Assembly: GCF_000142905.1 (NCBI RefSeq)
Contig: NW_013657615.1
Span: 1 to 64,000, forward strand
Direction: 5' to 3'
Origin: Thecamonas trahens ATCC 50062
Lineage: Eukaryota; Protista; Apusomonadida
Length of the DNA: 64,000 nucleotides
Below are positions 35,301 through 46,518 of this stretch, piece after piece. The notes beneath the pieces are model-generated. The model did no database searches and had not been told where the DNA came from. It saw nothing but the letters and a program-made list of their open reading frames with translations. Each line of letters opens with the position of its first letter. Positions within the stretch are counted from its first letter, which is position 1. The position numbers and the translations under genes were made by a program.

Positions 35301-35405
35301 GTGATCATGATAATGACCATGGCGATGATCATGTTGATGACCATGACCGAGATATGCGGCTGAACCAAGAGCCACCGACGACGTCCATGTGAAGAACGAG
35401 GCCAT
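32379..35405 (-). CDS. Calponin-homology (IQGAP/calponin-type CH) domain protein; start uncertain
   Basis: WLQAVL...SLRDGTVLVALVEAIAPG...NIALFLLFC...LFAIDDLYAEAHIVRVVDTLHDLA, followed by a long Ser-rich tail. Confidence 0.7.
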   Translation of the reverse strand: MASFFTWTSSVALGSAAYLGHGHQHDHRHGHYHDHNHNHNHNHDCRHHHHGRRDGRQGLSLREDAQRNEHHSHCLVLGSWARDHGSSPSSLPSLLPCLPITSVVMIGSGHGNKHKRPPPRPPTLPPPSPPPPNPPPPSSLSPSSPPPHQPPARALVSAAAAEAAQRSGGKISRLAVRSLSPQAQVQAASPPPTPPPVDRAADAWVAFDATQPAWSPGVAAARNVLARQHQVVRWLQAVLSVKLLAPDSLAASLRDGTVLVALVEAIAPGWYALLAKHAAARARPVAYLHPATVAHHRHNIALFLLFCRHYGLRSVASAHSAGGSRSPLRLRKAAAPRCSKTTLLYPLFAIDDLYAEAHIVRVVDTLHDLACLCTARGFSPKVVPVDPEHLIFPQPRLDAMASYLRRIGALDQGPASSAPPHVAIPPGMVAVTRTRKSRPAPPLCTSAASLSSDYEYASDASVYSLVSGYSEPYSGDSVTLSGGNPEPTDADADAECEAFVEAMLEESPSEHVARAPQASRLSRLPSLLTRSRRGSGASRSSTQYRRRSSARSRRSSAASAASIRGFSLSRALADIREDDDSTDLAAFLGRSDHELDLVVRATDSLFPPEVLDEAEALLWEASFEAGNRSLPPRRRVPPTTTVISLESASSDSDSDSSSDSDSSASSSSTNQSVVTAVSHGSLPDSDTLALSPLSSPPRSLAQQLSQYSLTRTSRSSLAGEPTAASGSDSWDGSAAESAAESEDESETSPDSPQLSAAVMASPAALLNTIASRKNRRSSIMARSASLNVSAHDIVSESKRRLSVLIIPDALRQLDPNAGNLSPGFVPPPPALGLGSGGPLIGSSAHGSRSFAALPSPHMHSPSARISVADRLAISASTTTLETVTPQRVESESSGDNDDDDLGIIDGAVQVGSTSSWFDDESGANSSVLDSASDDAEQRPVAATHQRAERLQFDPPRLSVALEPAFFREQRLAASREVTTIAVRQVRTMAVRLSRGLRDATQPTVGWSS

Positions 35406-35912
35406 TCGACAAGGAGATGAGCGTCTCCAGCACACCACGTCCCTGTCAACGCACGTGACCTTGATTGAGCAAGCGTTTGCCTGTCTTTGACCAGCAAGCC
35501 GCAAGCACTTGTCAGCCTTGTCAGCCCGCGTGTATGTCGGCGGTAGCGAAGGTTTGCCAGACCGAGACGACAGAGGAGGCGAGGGTGGGTAGGTGGGGGT
35601 AGGGGTAGGGTCTTGGAAGACGCACACAGGCACACACAGGTACAAAGACACGGTCGTATGGTGAGCAAGTAGGCAGAGGTTGGTGTGTGTATGGGTGTGT
35701 GTGTGGAATACGCTCACTCCTCCTCCCTCCCCGCGCTGCTCTCTGTTCGCTGCTAAAGGGGGGGGAGAGGGGGAGGGGAGGAGACACGCGTGTCGTCGTT
35801 TTGCCTTGCTTGACGAAAATCAATGAAATGGTGTCATTGGCCGGGTCACTCTCCCCCCCCCCCCTTCCCTCCCCCCCCCCTTCCACTACACATGCATGTT
35901 GGGCTTTAGGCT

Positions 35913-36220
35913 GGGCGGCCATCAATCAAGCTCGTCGTCACCGACCAAGCGACCATGCTCATCGCAATCGAAATGGGCGGCCATCAACCAAGCTCGTCGT
36001 CACCGACCAAGCGACCATGCTCATCGCAATCGAAATGGGCGGCCATCAATCAAGCTCGTCGTCACCGACCAAGCGACCTGCTCGTCGTCACCGACCAAGC
36101 GACCTGCTCATCGCAATCGGAATGGGCGGCCATCAACCAAGCTCGTCGGCATCGGAATGGGCGGCCATCAACCAAGCTCGTCGCAATCGAAATGGGCGGC
36201 CATCAACCAAGCTCGTCGAC
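35913..36220. repeat. 62-bp minisatellite with truncated copies
   Basis: gggcggccatcaa[t/c]caagctcgtcgtcaccgaccaagcgaccatgctcatcgcaatcgaaat at 35913, 35975 and 36037, then shortened units. Confidence 0.9.
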
Positions 36221-36274
36221 ATGGGGCTGGGTGTGGGTGGCAGTATCAATAATCTGGCGATCTCGGCGGCGTCC

Positions 36275-36910
36275 TTAGCGCGCCCATGCTGCTAGGCTCA
36301 GACCACGGACGCAGGGGGTCAACAAGTGGAAGCGAGTCGTTGAGCGTGGGGTGTGCTTGCCGCCGGTGTGGGCAAGGAGATCGGGGTGACCAGCAGCGTG
36401 GTCGAGCGGGAGCCATGCCACGTCACAGACCTCGATGCCGTCTGGGACAACAGGATGGACGGCCGGATCAAAGCCGCGCCAGAGGTAGAGGGCACAGAAC
36501 TCGTTGTCGATTTTGCCGACCTCTGGGTAGCTGTACGCACACAGCCGTGGCTCTTCGATGCACACGAGCGCGTCTCCCGGATCGCCACCAGCAAGACCGA
36601 GCTCCTCCGCCAGGCCGCGGACAGCAGCCTGACGATAAGTCTCCCCAGGCGACAGATGCTCACCAACCGATACGTCCCAACACCCACCATTGATGGCCTT
36701 TCCAACCGAGCGTTGCTGCAGCAGGACGCGGCCCGCGTTGTCCATGAGAACCACGTTGACCGCGCGGTGGAAGAGCCCCTGCTTGTGCACATCCTCCCGC
36801 CGAGCCTGGCCAATCAGCTTGTTGTTCTCATCAAAGATGTCAAAGATCTCGTCATTGTTGTCCAGCGTCGAGCCGCCCGTCGCCGAGCCCAGCGCTCCTG
36901 ACTCTGCCAT
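36275..36910 (-). CDS. NUDIX hydrolase (IPP-isomerase/YfcD-like)
   Basis: VHKQGLFHRAVNV, LLQQRS, WDVSVGEH and Nudix box GETYRQAAVRGLAEELGL. Confidence 0.85.
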   Translation of the reverse strand: MAESGALGSATGGSTLDNNDEIFDIFDENNKLIGQARREDVHKQGLFHRAVNVVLMDNAGRVLLQQRSVGKAINGGCWDVSVGEHLSPGETYRQAAVRGLAEELGLAGGDPGDALVCIEEPRLCAYSYPEVGKIDNEFCALYLWRGFDPAVHPVVPDGIEVCDVAWLPLDHAAGHPDLLAHTGGKHTPRSTTRFHLLTPCVRGLSLAAWAR

Positions 36911-37336
36911 CGCCTTGGTCGCCGTCGTTGCCCGCGTCCTCGTTCTCGTCACGCCAGCCACTCTTCGAGCACAACCTATGCCTTGCACACTCCGTCCCAA
37001 CACCTGTAGCATACACTAGGTCGGCCTCGTGTCACTCTCTGCTCCGCGTCACCTGCCTGCTGCTCCAAGCTGATGGCCGTCGTCTCTGTCGAGTGACGTG
37101 CCGGCCGGCCGCTTGGCCGGCCGCTCACCCGTCCACCTGCGCCCTCACCCGCCCGTCGCACTCGCTCGCCCGAACAAAGCCACAAAGCAGGAGCAAAAGG
37201 GGCTTGATGAGCTGGGGGACACTGTTTATATCGTCGATTATGATTACTACGCCGCAGGGTGGCATGGTTCACAGCCGACAGCCGCTGCAATGATTGCGGT
37301 CGTGAGGGGGGGGGGGGGGGGCAAGGCAGGCCAACG

Positions 37337-38452
37337 CTACAGGTCACTCAAGGCCTGCGCGACAGGGACAGCGGCAGGGACCTCCGAAGTGCCGTCGAGA
37401 ACAGCGAGAAGGGCATCAAGGACGGCGTTGAGGGCATCACGCAGAGGACTCTCGGCGTCGCCGGTAAGAAGCGGGTGCTGTCCGGCGTCGGCTAGGGTGG
37501 CCAGGCTCGGATCGAGCGGGAGGCCACCAAGGAAGGGCAGGCCAAATTCGGCGGCAAGAGCAGCGCCGCCAGAGAGGCCCGTCGCCGCCGGGTGGCTTGA
37601 GACGTAAGGGTCAAAGATGGCGGTCACGTCGGTGCAGCAGGGGCAGACAAAGCCGGCCATGTTCTCGACAACGCCGAGGACAGGCACATCCATGGCAGCG
37701 CAGAAAAGGATCTCGCGCTTGACAGTGTTGAGCGCAGAAGCCTGCGGCGTGGTCACAATGACCGCACCCTCGGGCGCAGCAGAGTCGACCAGCGACTTGA
37801 CCACGGTGAGGTGCTCGTCCGACGTGCCCGGTGGAGTGTCAAAGATCAGATACTGCAGCCTGCCCCAGAAGGTGTCCTTGAGGAAGCGCCGGATGAGCGA
37901 TGACTTGCGTGGACCGCGCCACACCACAGGCTTGTCGTCACCGCCAAGCAAGAACGCTGCCGACATGACCTTGACGCCCGGAAAGTCCGAGTCTGCTCCC
38001 GCACCGAGCGAGGCCACTACAGGCTGCCATCCATACTCTGTCGCCACCACAGACTCGCCGCCGACACCCATGACCAATCCACACGACGGACCACACAGAT
38101 CGACGTCACAGAGGCCTACAGCGGGCGCCGCCTTTCGCTTGGGCCTCGCCGTCTGCGCCGCTGATGATGATCCCGCTCGGGCCGAGCTCGGCTTCTTGGC
38201 TGCCGCCACTCGCGCCGCCAGCCCCGTCGCAAGCAGAGCAGCGACAGTTGTCTTCCCCACACCTCCCTTTCCCGAAAGAACCAGAATCCGCTTCCCCGTC
38301 GCCTTCATTCGCAAGCTAATGGCGGCCGCATCCGGGTCGACTCCGCCGCCCGACGCACACTCGCCAGCGCCCGGACAGCCAGAGCACTGTGCCGCATGCC
38401 CTGCCTCAGCACTTCCAGACGGACAGCCAAACGTCTGCTGCTCTCCACTCAT
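37337..38452 (-). CDS. NBP35: Cytosolic Fe-S cluster assembly factor, NBP35/NUBP1 family
   Basis: N-terminal C-x12-C-x2-C-x5-C, SGKGGVGKTT, WRGPRK, DTPPGTSDEH and ENMAGFVCPCC. Confidence 0.88.
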   Translation of the reverse strand: MSGEQQTFGCPSGSAEAGHAAQCSGCPGAGECASGGGVDPDAAAISLRMKATGKRILVLSGKGGVGKTTVAALLATGLAARVAAAKKPSSARAGSSSAAQTARPKRKAAPAVGLCDVDLCGPSCGLVMGVGGESVVATEYGWQPVVASLGAGADSDFPGVKVMSAAFLLGGDDKPVVWRGPRKSSLIRRFLKDTFWGRLQYLIFDTPPGTSDEHLTVVKSLVDSAAPEGAVIVTTPQASALNTVKREILFCAAMDVPVLGVVENMAGFVCPCCTDVTAIFDPYVSSHPAATGLSGGAALAAEFGLPFLGGLPLDPSLATLADAGQHPLLTGDAESPLRDALNAVLDALLAVLDGTSEVPAAVPVAQALSDL

Positions 38453-39355
38453 GTACAATCCTCCTCCTCCTCAGCCACAAGTGTTACCGACTTGGTCACT
38501 CCCCCCCCCCCCCCCTTCCCCCTCCCCTCCCCCTCTTGCTCTCAACCCGTCGTCTGTCGGGCCAACTCGTCTTCATTGTGTTTTGGCTCATTTTGCGGAT
38601 TCCCTTTGTTTTTCTCTCCTTCACCAATCAGTCTCTACTGCTCACCATTGCTCGACAAGTACCTCCTCCTCCTCCCCCCTCCCAACATCTTCCATCCCTC
38701 CTCCCTCCTCATCTCCAATTGTTGCAGTTATACCCATCTATGCCTCTTCGGTAGCTGGCTTCAGGTGACCTCTTGGAGACGTTGAAGACACTCGTCGATC
38801 TCTAGCAGACCACTCGATTGATGTCACGCACAGAGAGAAGCCACCACTGCTTGCTTTCCTCGACCGAAGCACCAGAACCTCCCTATCTTCCGGAGCGTAA
38901 CCGAACGGATCAAGTAGACCGTGACTCCCTTTTGCTGTGTTTCCAGGCAGCTCGGCATCGCGCGTGATACTCAGTGTGTAGTGTTTCTACACCAATCCCC
39001 ATTGTCCCCATTTTTTCCAGCTTCCTACCCCCCTTCACACATGCGCCTTCCACGCACCCCACACTAATCTGTTTGCACTCTCCACCACCACTCAACCAAC
39101 ATCCATACTCTACCATACTACGCAGCTCCTTTCCCCCGCCTCAATCGCAACATATCCGGCATCGTCGCCCTTGCACTGATCCCCCCCCTCCTCTGGCGCC
39201 GCGGTTCAGGAAAAGGTCGTAGTTTGCACTCGCCACTCCTTCCATCAGACGGCGATCAGCACCTACCACCTCCTCGGGCAGCCACCCATCCCCACCTCAC
39301 GGAGCATTGTCATCACTTGACTTCACAAAGCGAACATTCTTCATTCTCTAAAGCC

Positions 39356-42300
39356 ATGTCGGGGCAAGGACGGCGGGGTTTGCTAGGCAGCGGGAGCACC
39401 GGACGGAGAACCAATGGTGGTGGCGTGAGCCGAAGTGGTGGCGGAACGTCGTTTCCGGGGACACTCGTCCGGTTTGCCAACGCACTCGCTCACTTTCTTC
39501 GTGACAAATATGGATACGGTCGTGCCAAGCTGATGTCAGTGGTGCAAGCTGTGGCAAACCCTGGAAATAGCTCTGGAACGCCAGCTGTTACAGCCGCTGC
39601 GGCCTGGGATGACCTGTATCCGTTTGTCACCGATCTGGTGCCTGCCATGGCAAGCTCGAACTCGTTTTCTGCCCTCAAGCGCTTGCTCACCTCTGACCTG
39701 GGCAAGGCCCTAGGCGTCACCCTCGCGCCTTGCCACTTGCATCGCTACGGTACTGCTGATGTGCTTGTCTCCCATCCACGGCTGCTTCTCATCGTTCGTT
39801 GTGGCGACTGCGGCGCGGTGACTCGGTGCCTCCACCTCGCCAACGCCCACGCCGTCGAGGCTCTCACCGGTGTGCCTGTCGAGGGCTCGGACGCAGACGT
39901 GTGCACTATCTGCTCGCGCGAGCTGGGCGAACAGGCCATCAACGGCGCGTGCGCACATGCTGGCGACGAGTCGTATCTCGTCTACGTCCACCCGATGGTC
40001 AACAATCGCGTCAAGCGCGGCTTCCATCCAATCGACACAAAGCGGGTCATCCCAAGAAAGTACCTCTCACCGGGCGCGGGGTACAAGGCGTGTACCACGC
40101 CCGAGTGCCGGTTTGGCACAAAGTGTCTCTACGCACACGCCCGCCGCGAGATGGGAATCTGGGGCGTGCTTGGCAGCTGGCCCAAGGGGAGCACTTTGTT
40201 TAGCAAGCCGTCGGACATATGGACCATGGCTGCTGGTGTCGGACAGAGTGCGCTGGAGCTGCTGGATCCATCGGGAGCGAACGGTGGCTCGCCGGCCGAC
40301 AACGCTGACAGTGCGTGTACAAGCGCAGCGAGTGCAGCGAGCTCATCGAGCTCTTCGGTAGACATGGACTGGCTCTCGGCCCGCATCCACCAGCTTTTGA
40401 AGACGACGCCGTGCGGAGTGGTAGAGCTTCCGTCGCTTGCTATTGAGCTGACATCAAGCGCCGACGCCAGCAGGGTGCTCGCAACACTTGCGACCAAGCC
40501 CAAGAATGTGGAGGACGCGCTGCGCACGCATGCCAGCGCATTGGGCATTTTGGTGGAGCCCCAAATCGGTCGGCCGTCGCTGCTTGCAGAGCGAGGCAGC
40601 ATGGCAACACGGGCCGGATACATGCCTGCATCGCGGGTGTGCTCGCGGCGCGACGTGCGCAACGTGGCATGTCTCGGCTTACACTTGGCCACCCACGGCG
40701 ACATGCCAGTGTTTCCGAACTGGGCGGCAAGCCACATCCGGCGATTTGCCTGCCTCACCTGCTACATGCTACCAGACTGTGCGATTGTGGACTACGACAA
40801 GTACGGAGCAGGGACGACATGCTGCCCGTCGTGCGGGGAGCCGTGGACGTGCCTCTTGCTTGCTGGCTCGTCGCGCGACGGCCCGTGGATTCCAATTCGC
40901 CCGGCTCCAGTCCGAGACTGCCTGCCGCCGAAGCGATTTGCCATGTGCTTGTCGTTTCAGCCGGGCGGGCCGGGTCGCTGCTCGCACAGCGCCAAGTGCG
41001 CCTTTTCGCACTCGAAGGAGGAGCGTAACGAGTGGAACTACAACCGGCCCGAGCTCGACACGCTCATTGCCGAGGTTGCAGCCCGTTGCGAGCCGCCGTT
41101 GTCAGACGTTGAGATCGCTGACCTCATCTGTGAGGTCTGCTTTACCCTGCGCGGCGTCTGCACCTCTCGTCCACCGGTTACCGACACCGAGAAGAACCCG
41201 TACCACATTGCCTATCATCGGACAATCATGTGCAAACAGCACAGGGTTGAGCCGCATGTGTGGCAGCCAATGCTCCCGCCGTCGCTTGCCCATCGCGACA
41301 CCAAGACCATTCTGCGGTACCCGCCGGCGCACGCGCGCAACGAGGCAGCGCGGGCGAGTCTGCCGTATTCGCAGGCGCGCGAGGCAGCAAGAGGAAGCAC
41401 GTCTGGGAGCCAGGACTCTTCGGCTTTGGCGCGATCTTCAACAGCCGGAGCTGCAAGGACGACAGCGGGGACAACAGCTCCTGTGCTCACCGCAGTGGCA
41501 GCAGCAGCAGCAGCACCCAGTACGCTTTCCGGGAGTGCACTGGTGGCGACGCCGGCAAGATACGTGCTGCCCGAGGCGGCATTGCCGGATCTCCACGCAC
41601 TGGCCAAGGCTGCACTCGAAGCGGAGCCGCATTCTGCGCTCCAGACCTCTGTTCACGACAAGCTTCGCGCGGCGCTGCCTGCAGCGCTGGGCGATGCAGC
41701 GAGCCTCGAAGCCAACCTGCCGGTGCACACACTGGACACGGTGCCGCTCGAGGCGATCGACACGTTTGCAACATGGCTGGCGGCGTTGTTCGAGGTGAAC
41801 AAGGAGCTTGTCAAGGCACCTGCACAGCTGTTTGACCTCGACAACTACGTGGTGCTGCGACACAACCTTCTGCTTGTTGACGAGTTTGCGGCACGAAACA
41901 GAGCGCCTCTGCCTGCGCTGCTGAGCGTGCGCGAGGTCGATGGACGAACGGCGTACGTGCTGAAGGATCTGGCTCCTGTGGACATGGCGCGGGCAGCGTC
42001 GCTGACGGTTAGCGGCGGCGAGGTCGAGCTGTACATGGGCGGGCAGACGAGCCCTGCACTGGTCTCTGTCCTTCGTCATCGGAGCTGCACTCTGGGCGCG
42101 AGCTGGAGCTCGGGCTTCCAGCACTGATGAGGGCCCAGCTCTCCTCGAATGAGGCGAACAGGACCCAGACGCGGGTAGTGGTCCAGTACCGTATTCCGTT
42201 TGGGTTTCTCGACGTGGCGGCGTACGCTGCAGCGCATGCAGCGATTGACCGGCTGGATCCGCGGATGGTGTTCCCTGCGCCGCTCGCAAGTGGCACAAAG

Positions 42301-43805
42301 TCACCCGCTGGCGAGCTGCCGGCAGTGTTGACGACGGGACTCGTGCGCGAGCAGGAGGCTGTGGTGCGAGGTATGTGGCAAGGTGACAATGTCGCTTCCT
42401 CTGGCCTACCCGGAACAGGCAAGACACGCGGGCTGGTCTCGGGCTCACTGGCGATGGCGTCGGCGCTGAGGGTGGGGGTCGGCGGTGGGCGTGTGGTGAT
42501 TGTGGCACGGTCGGACGAGGCGGCAGAGCAGATAGTCAAGATGCTTCACGATCACGAGGTGCCGGACGAGTCGCTGTACTGGATTCGGCCGCCGTATGCC
42601 AGCCGCGCGCCGCGCTGGGCGGCGCCGTACACGTCCCCGCTTCCGGATGATCAGGCCGGCGGGCCAACGCACTGCATGCGGGCGATTCACCAGCTGGCGT
42701 ACATGGAGCTTGTGGTGGTTTCGCCGGAGGCCGGGGCGCTGGTGGAGGCAGCCAAGCTGCCAAACGGCTTTGCCTCCACGCTTGTGGTTGACGACGCGCA
42801 CTCTGTGCCCGAGGTGTGGATCCTCCCATTCCTTGCGCTCGGGGATGGGGAGACACGTGTGGCGATGGGCGGGACGATGGCGCTTCAGGCGATGTTGACG
42901 CCGATTGACACGTCTGCCGTGCTGCTGCAAGCGTGGCCGAAGACGACAGTCATGCACCTCTCCTGCCTCTCGGGCATGTCGCTGCTGCAGCGCGTGCTTG
43001 GCGGGCACGCGGCACGCGGGTATGGGGTCGTGGCAACGCGGACGGGATTTGTGGCTGCGCCGCCGCTGGCAGCGGTGGCGGAGCTGGCGCCGTGGAGCAG
43101 ACGGACCGCAGACGAGCTTGTGCCGGATCTTCCGCGTCCTGCGATTGTGGTCCATCCGGCCGAGATTGTGCCGGGCATGCAGCCTGCGGACTTGTTTGGC
43201 CCGCTGGTGCAGGTGCTTGAGAAAGTCGCGGCGAAGGTGCCGGGCCTCGGGGCCAAAGTGGACATCAACCTTGTGGTACCAGACGTCTCGCTAGGCCTCT
43301 TCCTCGGCTCCGCGCTCGACAGCTCCGAGTCGGACGAGGTGAAGCAACTGCGAAAGAACATCCAGCTCGTGGGCCAGTGGCTGGCAGCGCCGCAGACAGC
43401 GTGCGTGACGGTTGCGGTCATTTCTGGCGCTGCAGCGCAGGTTGCGATGCTGCCTGCGCTGCTTGCGGCAACAACGAGGAGTCTGCTTGTGCTGTTTGGC
43501 GAGAGCGGCGAGCTGGGCGCGGCGCACTTTGCGAGGATTGTGGGCAGCGCGGTTGGGCCGGGGAAGTGTGCGCGTACCTTGATGCAGCGCTCACGTCGCC
43601 GCAGGCGCGGTGGCCGATGCCACCAGAACACGCACTGGAGGTTGCGCGGCAGCTTGCGCAGCTGCTAGGGCAGGCGCACGAGGGGCTCTTACCTGCGGCG
43701 GCGGACGGGGCTGGAGAAGTCCACGAGGCACTGGGCACGGCGCTGTCTGCGGTCGAGGCCGTGCTGCCGTTTATTGAGTCCGCGGCGGCGGCGGCGAGAC
43801 AGTAA
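39356..43805 (+). CDS. CCCH zinc-finger + degenerate UPF1-like SF1 helicase (HELZ/HELZ2/ZC3H7-like); frameshifts near 42036-42071 and 43560-43563
   Basis: CRFGTKCLYAHARREMGIW and WIPIRPAP...CSHSAKCAFSHSKEERNEW; Walker A GLPGTGKT, Walker B LVVDDAH. Three consecutive ORFs are each joined by a -1 shift. Confidence 0.7.
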
Positions 43806-43824
43806 AGTAGGGAGGCGGAGGTTT

Positions 43825-46265
43825 CTAGAAGGACCAGACGTGGAGGGCGGCGTCAGCGCCGGCAGAGACCATGGTCTTGTTGTCTGCGTCAAAGGCGACG
43901 GCGTTGACAGCGTCGTCGTGCTGGAGAGCGTCGACGAGGGCGGCCTGTGCCATGTCAAAGATGCGGACAAAGCCGTCTTCCGTGGCGATAGCGAGGGTGT
44001 TGCCCGAGGCGTCAAAGACGAGGTCGTTGGCGGCATAGGGGGTGTCTGGCGAGCATGTGAGGACAGAGTGAAGCTCTGCCTGGGCACGGGTGTCCCAGAC
44101 CTTGACCATGCCGTCCGAGTCTGCTGATGCGAGCTTTGTGCCGTCGCGCGAGTAGGCGACGCGAGCGACCGAGGTCTCGTGGCCAAAGAAGGTGTGTGTA
44201 CAGAGGTGAGTCCGCGGATCCCAGAGCGAGACGGTGTGGTCAGCCGAGCCAGTGGCGAGGGCCGAGGCATACGGCTCAAACTTGACCGAGTTGACCGAGT
44301 TGACGTGGCCGCGGAGAGTGGCGACGGCGAGCGAGCGGGCGAGGTCCCAGAGGCGGGTGGTGCCGTCGAGCGAGCACGAGACGAGGGCGTCACCCGAGCA
44401 GTGGAAGTCGACGCCCCAGACGGCCTGGGTGTGGTCGGCGAGGGTGGAGGTGCACTGGTAGTGGAGGACGTCCCAGAGCTTGATGGTGGTATCGCCGGAG
44501 CCTGTGGCGAGGTGCGAGCCACGGGGCGAGAAGGCACAGGCGCCGACCCAAGCGGCATGACCTGCTCCGGACATGATGAGCTCGTTGGTCTCGAGTGTCC
44601 AGAGCGACCACTTTCCGTCGTCCGAGACAGCGGCGGCGACCGGGTGCGAGGGGTGCATGGCGAGGCCGGCGATCGAGTCCTCGTGGGCTGGGAGCGAGGC
44701 GGCGGAGGAGAAGCCTGCGGGGCCGGCCTGCTCGTAGGACTTGCCAACGTGCGGGTTGCCGAGCTCGGGCAGGGCAAAGAGGTCGCGGTCGTTAACGAGC
44801 GGGCCTGCGCCACCAGAGATGGCGTAGCCGGAGCCTGCCGGGCGGCGCGGGGTGGAGGAGCGGGCCTTTGCCGAGGACGTGCGCACGGCGCGCGCGGAGC
44901 GGGGCTTGCGGCGAGTGGCGCGGTCCTGGTCTGCGTCGAGGACGGCGTCAGGCAGCGGCTGACCAGCACGCTCTGCAGCCTCCTTCATCTGAGCGAGGGC
45001 GGCCTTTGTGCGCTCGAGCTGCTCCTTGAGGCGCATGATGATGCGGCCCTTGCGGTCCTTTTCTTGAAGCGCAGCCTGGTGCTTGGCCTTGAGCTGCTCG
45101 AGAGTGGGCTCGTACTCGAGCTGGAGCTTCCGCATCTGCTTCAGCTGCTTGATGAGAAGCTGCTTTTCCTGCTCGACGCGACGGTGGTGCATGCGGTGGT
45201 GGTTCCGCTCCTGGGTGAGCTTCTCCCAGGTTGCACGGGTCATCTGGGTCTCCTTCTGCTCCTTGGCGACCTGGGCGGTGAGAGCCTTGCGCTCCTGATC
45301 GAGCTCGACGTTGGCCGAGTAGACGTCCGGGACGGCACCAATGGCGGCGCGGTCGATGAGGCCCTTGCTCTCGAGCTCGTACCACTCTGTCTGGAAGACC
45401 TCGAGGGTACGGCGCATGCCCATGCGGTTGAGGAAGTTACAGATAAAGTCGTCGATGACCTCGGGCTTTCGGGTGAGGGCGGCGCCGGCGACAGCCTGGG
45501 CTTGATCTGCTGTGGCGTGATCCGTGGGAGACTGGCGGACCGAGGGGGCGGTGCTACGATATCCGTTCTGTGCCGCGCGGGTGGCAGCAGCAAGGTCCTC
45601 GTCATGGAGCAGGGCGTCGTCGTCCGAGTCGATGACATCGACGGCCTCGTAAGCAAAGTCGTCGTCGGCGTCGTCGACCACGACCACCGCTGTAGCGTTG
45701 TGAGTCCACATCATCCCATACCAGCCGACCCCAACAACGAGACAGCAACCAATCATCATGAGTACCTCATCCACCCCATGTCGTCCATGTCGTCCATGTC
45801 GTCCATGTCGTCCATGTCGTCCATGTCGTCCATGTCGTCCATGTCATCCATGTCATCCATGTCGTCCATGTCGTCCATGTCGTCCATGTCGTCCATGTCG
45901 TCCATGTCGTCCATGTCGTCCATGTCGTCCATGTCGTCCATGTCGTCCATATCGTCCATGTCGTCCATGTCATCCATGTCATCCATGTCGTCCATGTCGT
46001 CCATGTCGTCCATGTCGTCCATATCGTCCATGTCGTCCATGTCATCCATGTCATCCATGTCGTCCATGTCGTCCATGTCGTCCATGTCGTCCATGTCGTC
46101 CATATCCCCCATGCCCCCATATGCCCTCCATGGCCCCCATATCCCCTCCATGTCCCCCAATATCCCCTATGTCGCCGTTGTCAGAGTGACCGCCTCCCCC
46201 CCCCCCCCCTCCCCTACCTCCCGCAAACAGCTGCACGTACACTCCAGGAAGTATGCCTCAGTCAT
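43825..46265 (-). CDS. SPAG16: Sperm-associated antigen 16 / PF20, axonemal central-pair WD40 protein; intron 45690-46240
   Basis: Spliced N-terminus [23 protein letters not shown]; [30 protein letters not shown]; coiled coil with [12 protein letters not shown]; 7 WD40 repeats; gtacgt...ctacag intron. Confidence 0.93.
45777..46103. repeat. (CATGTCGTC)n 9-bp tandem repeat, about 36 copies, inside the SPAG16 intron
   Basis: Directly visible, with a few catgtcatc and catatcgtc variants. Confidence 0.97.
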
Positions 46266-46307
46266 GGTTTCCCCTGTAGTAGTGGTGGGAGAGACAGAGA
46301 GACTGGG

Positions 46308-46348
46308 GTGGTGGTGGTGGTGGTGGTGGTGGTGGTGGTGGTGGTGGT
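46308..46348. repeat. (TGG)n microsatellite
   Basis: About 13 units just upstream of the SPAG16 start. Confidence 0.9.
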
Positions 46349-46518
46349 GAGGTGGTGAGGTGGTTGGTGGCCAGTCCCTCCTCGCCCTCCCTGTCTCCCT
46401 CGCGTGGCGCCAATCGTTCGTTCGTGGCTCGAACGGGCGGCTGGCAGTTGGCGGACAACCCGGTCGGTGCCTGGGTTGGGTGGGAGTGGATGGATACATT
46501 TACTCGACTGCGTACGAA

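Noticed and set aside
35913-36220. Possible CRISPR array (also 27845-28082 and 51748-52090)
   Set aside because: Units are tandem with no unique spacers, there are no cas genes, and the context is eukaryotic.
45756-46189. Poly-DDM, poly-CRP and poly-WTT ORFs
   Set aside because: Products of the intronic 9-bp repeat; the spliced SPAG16 model explains the region.
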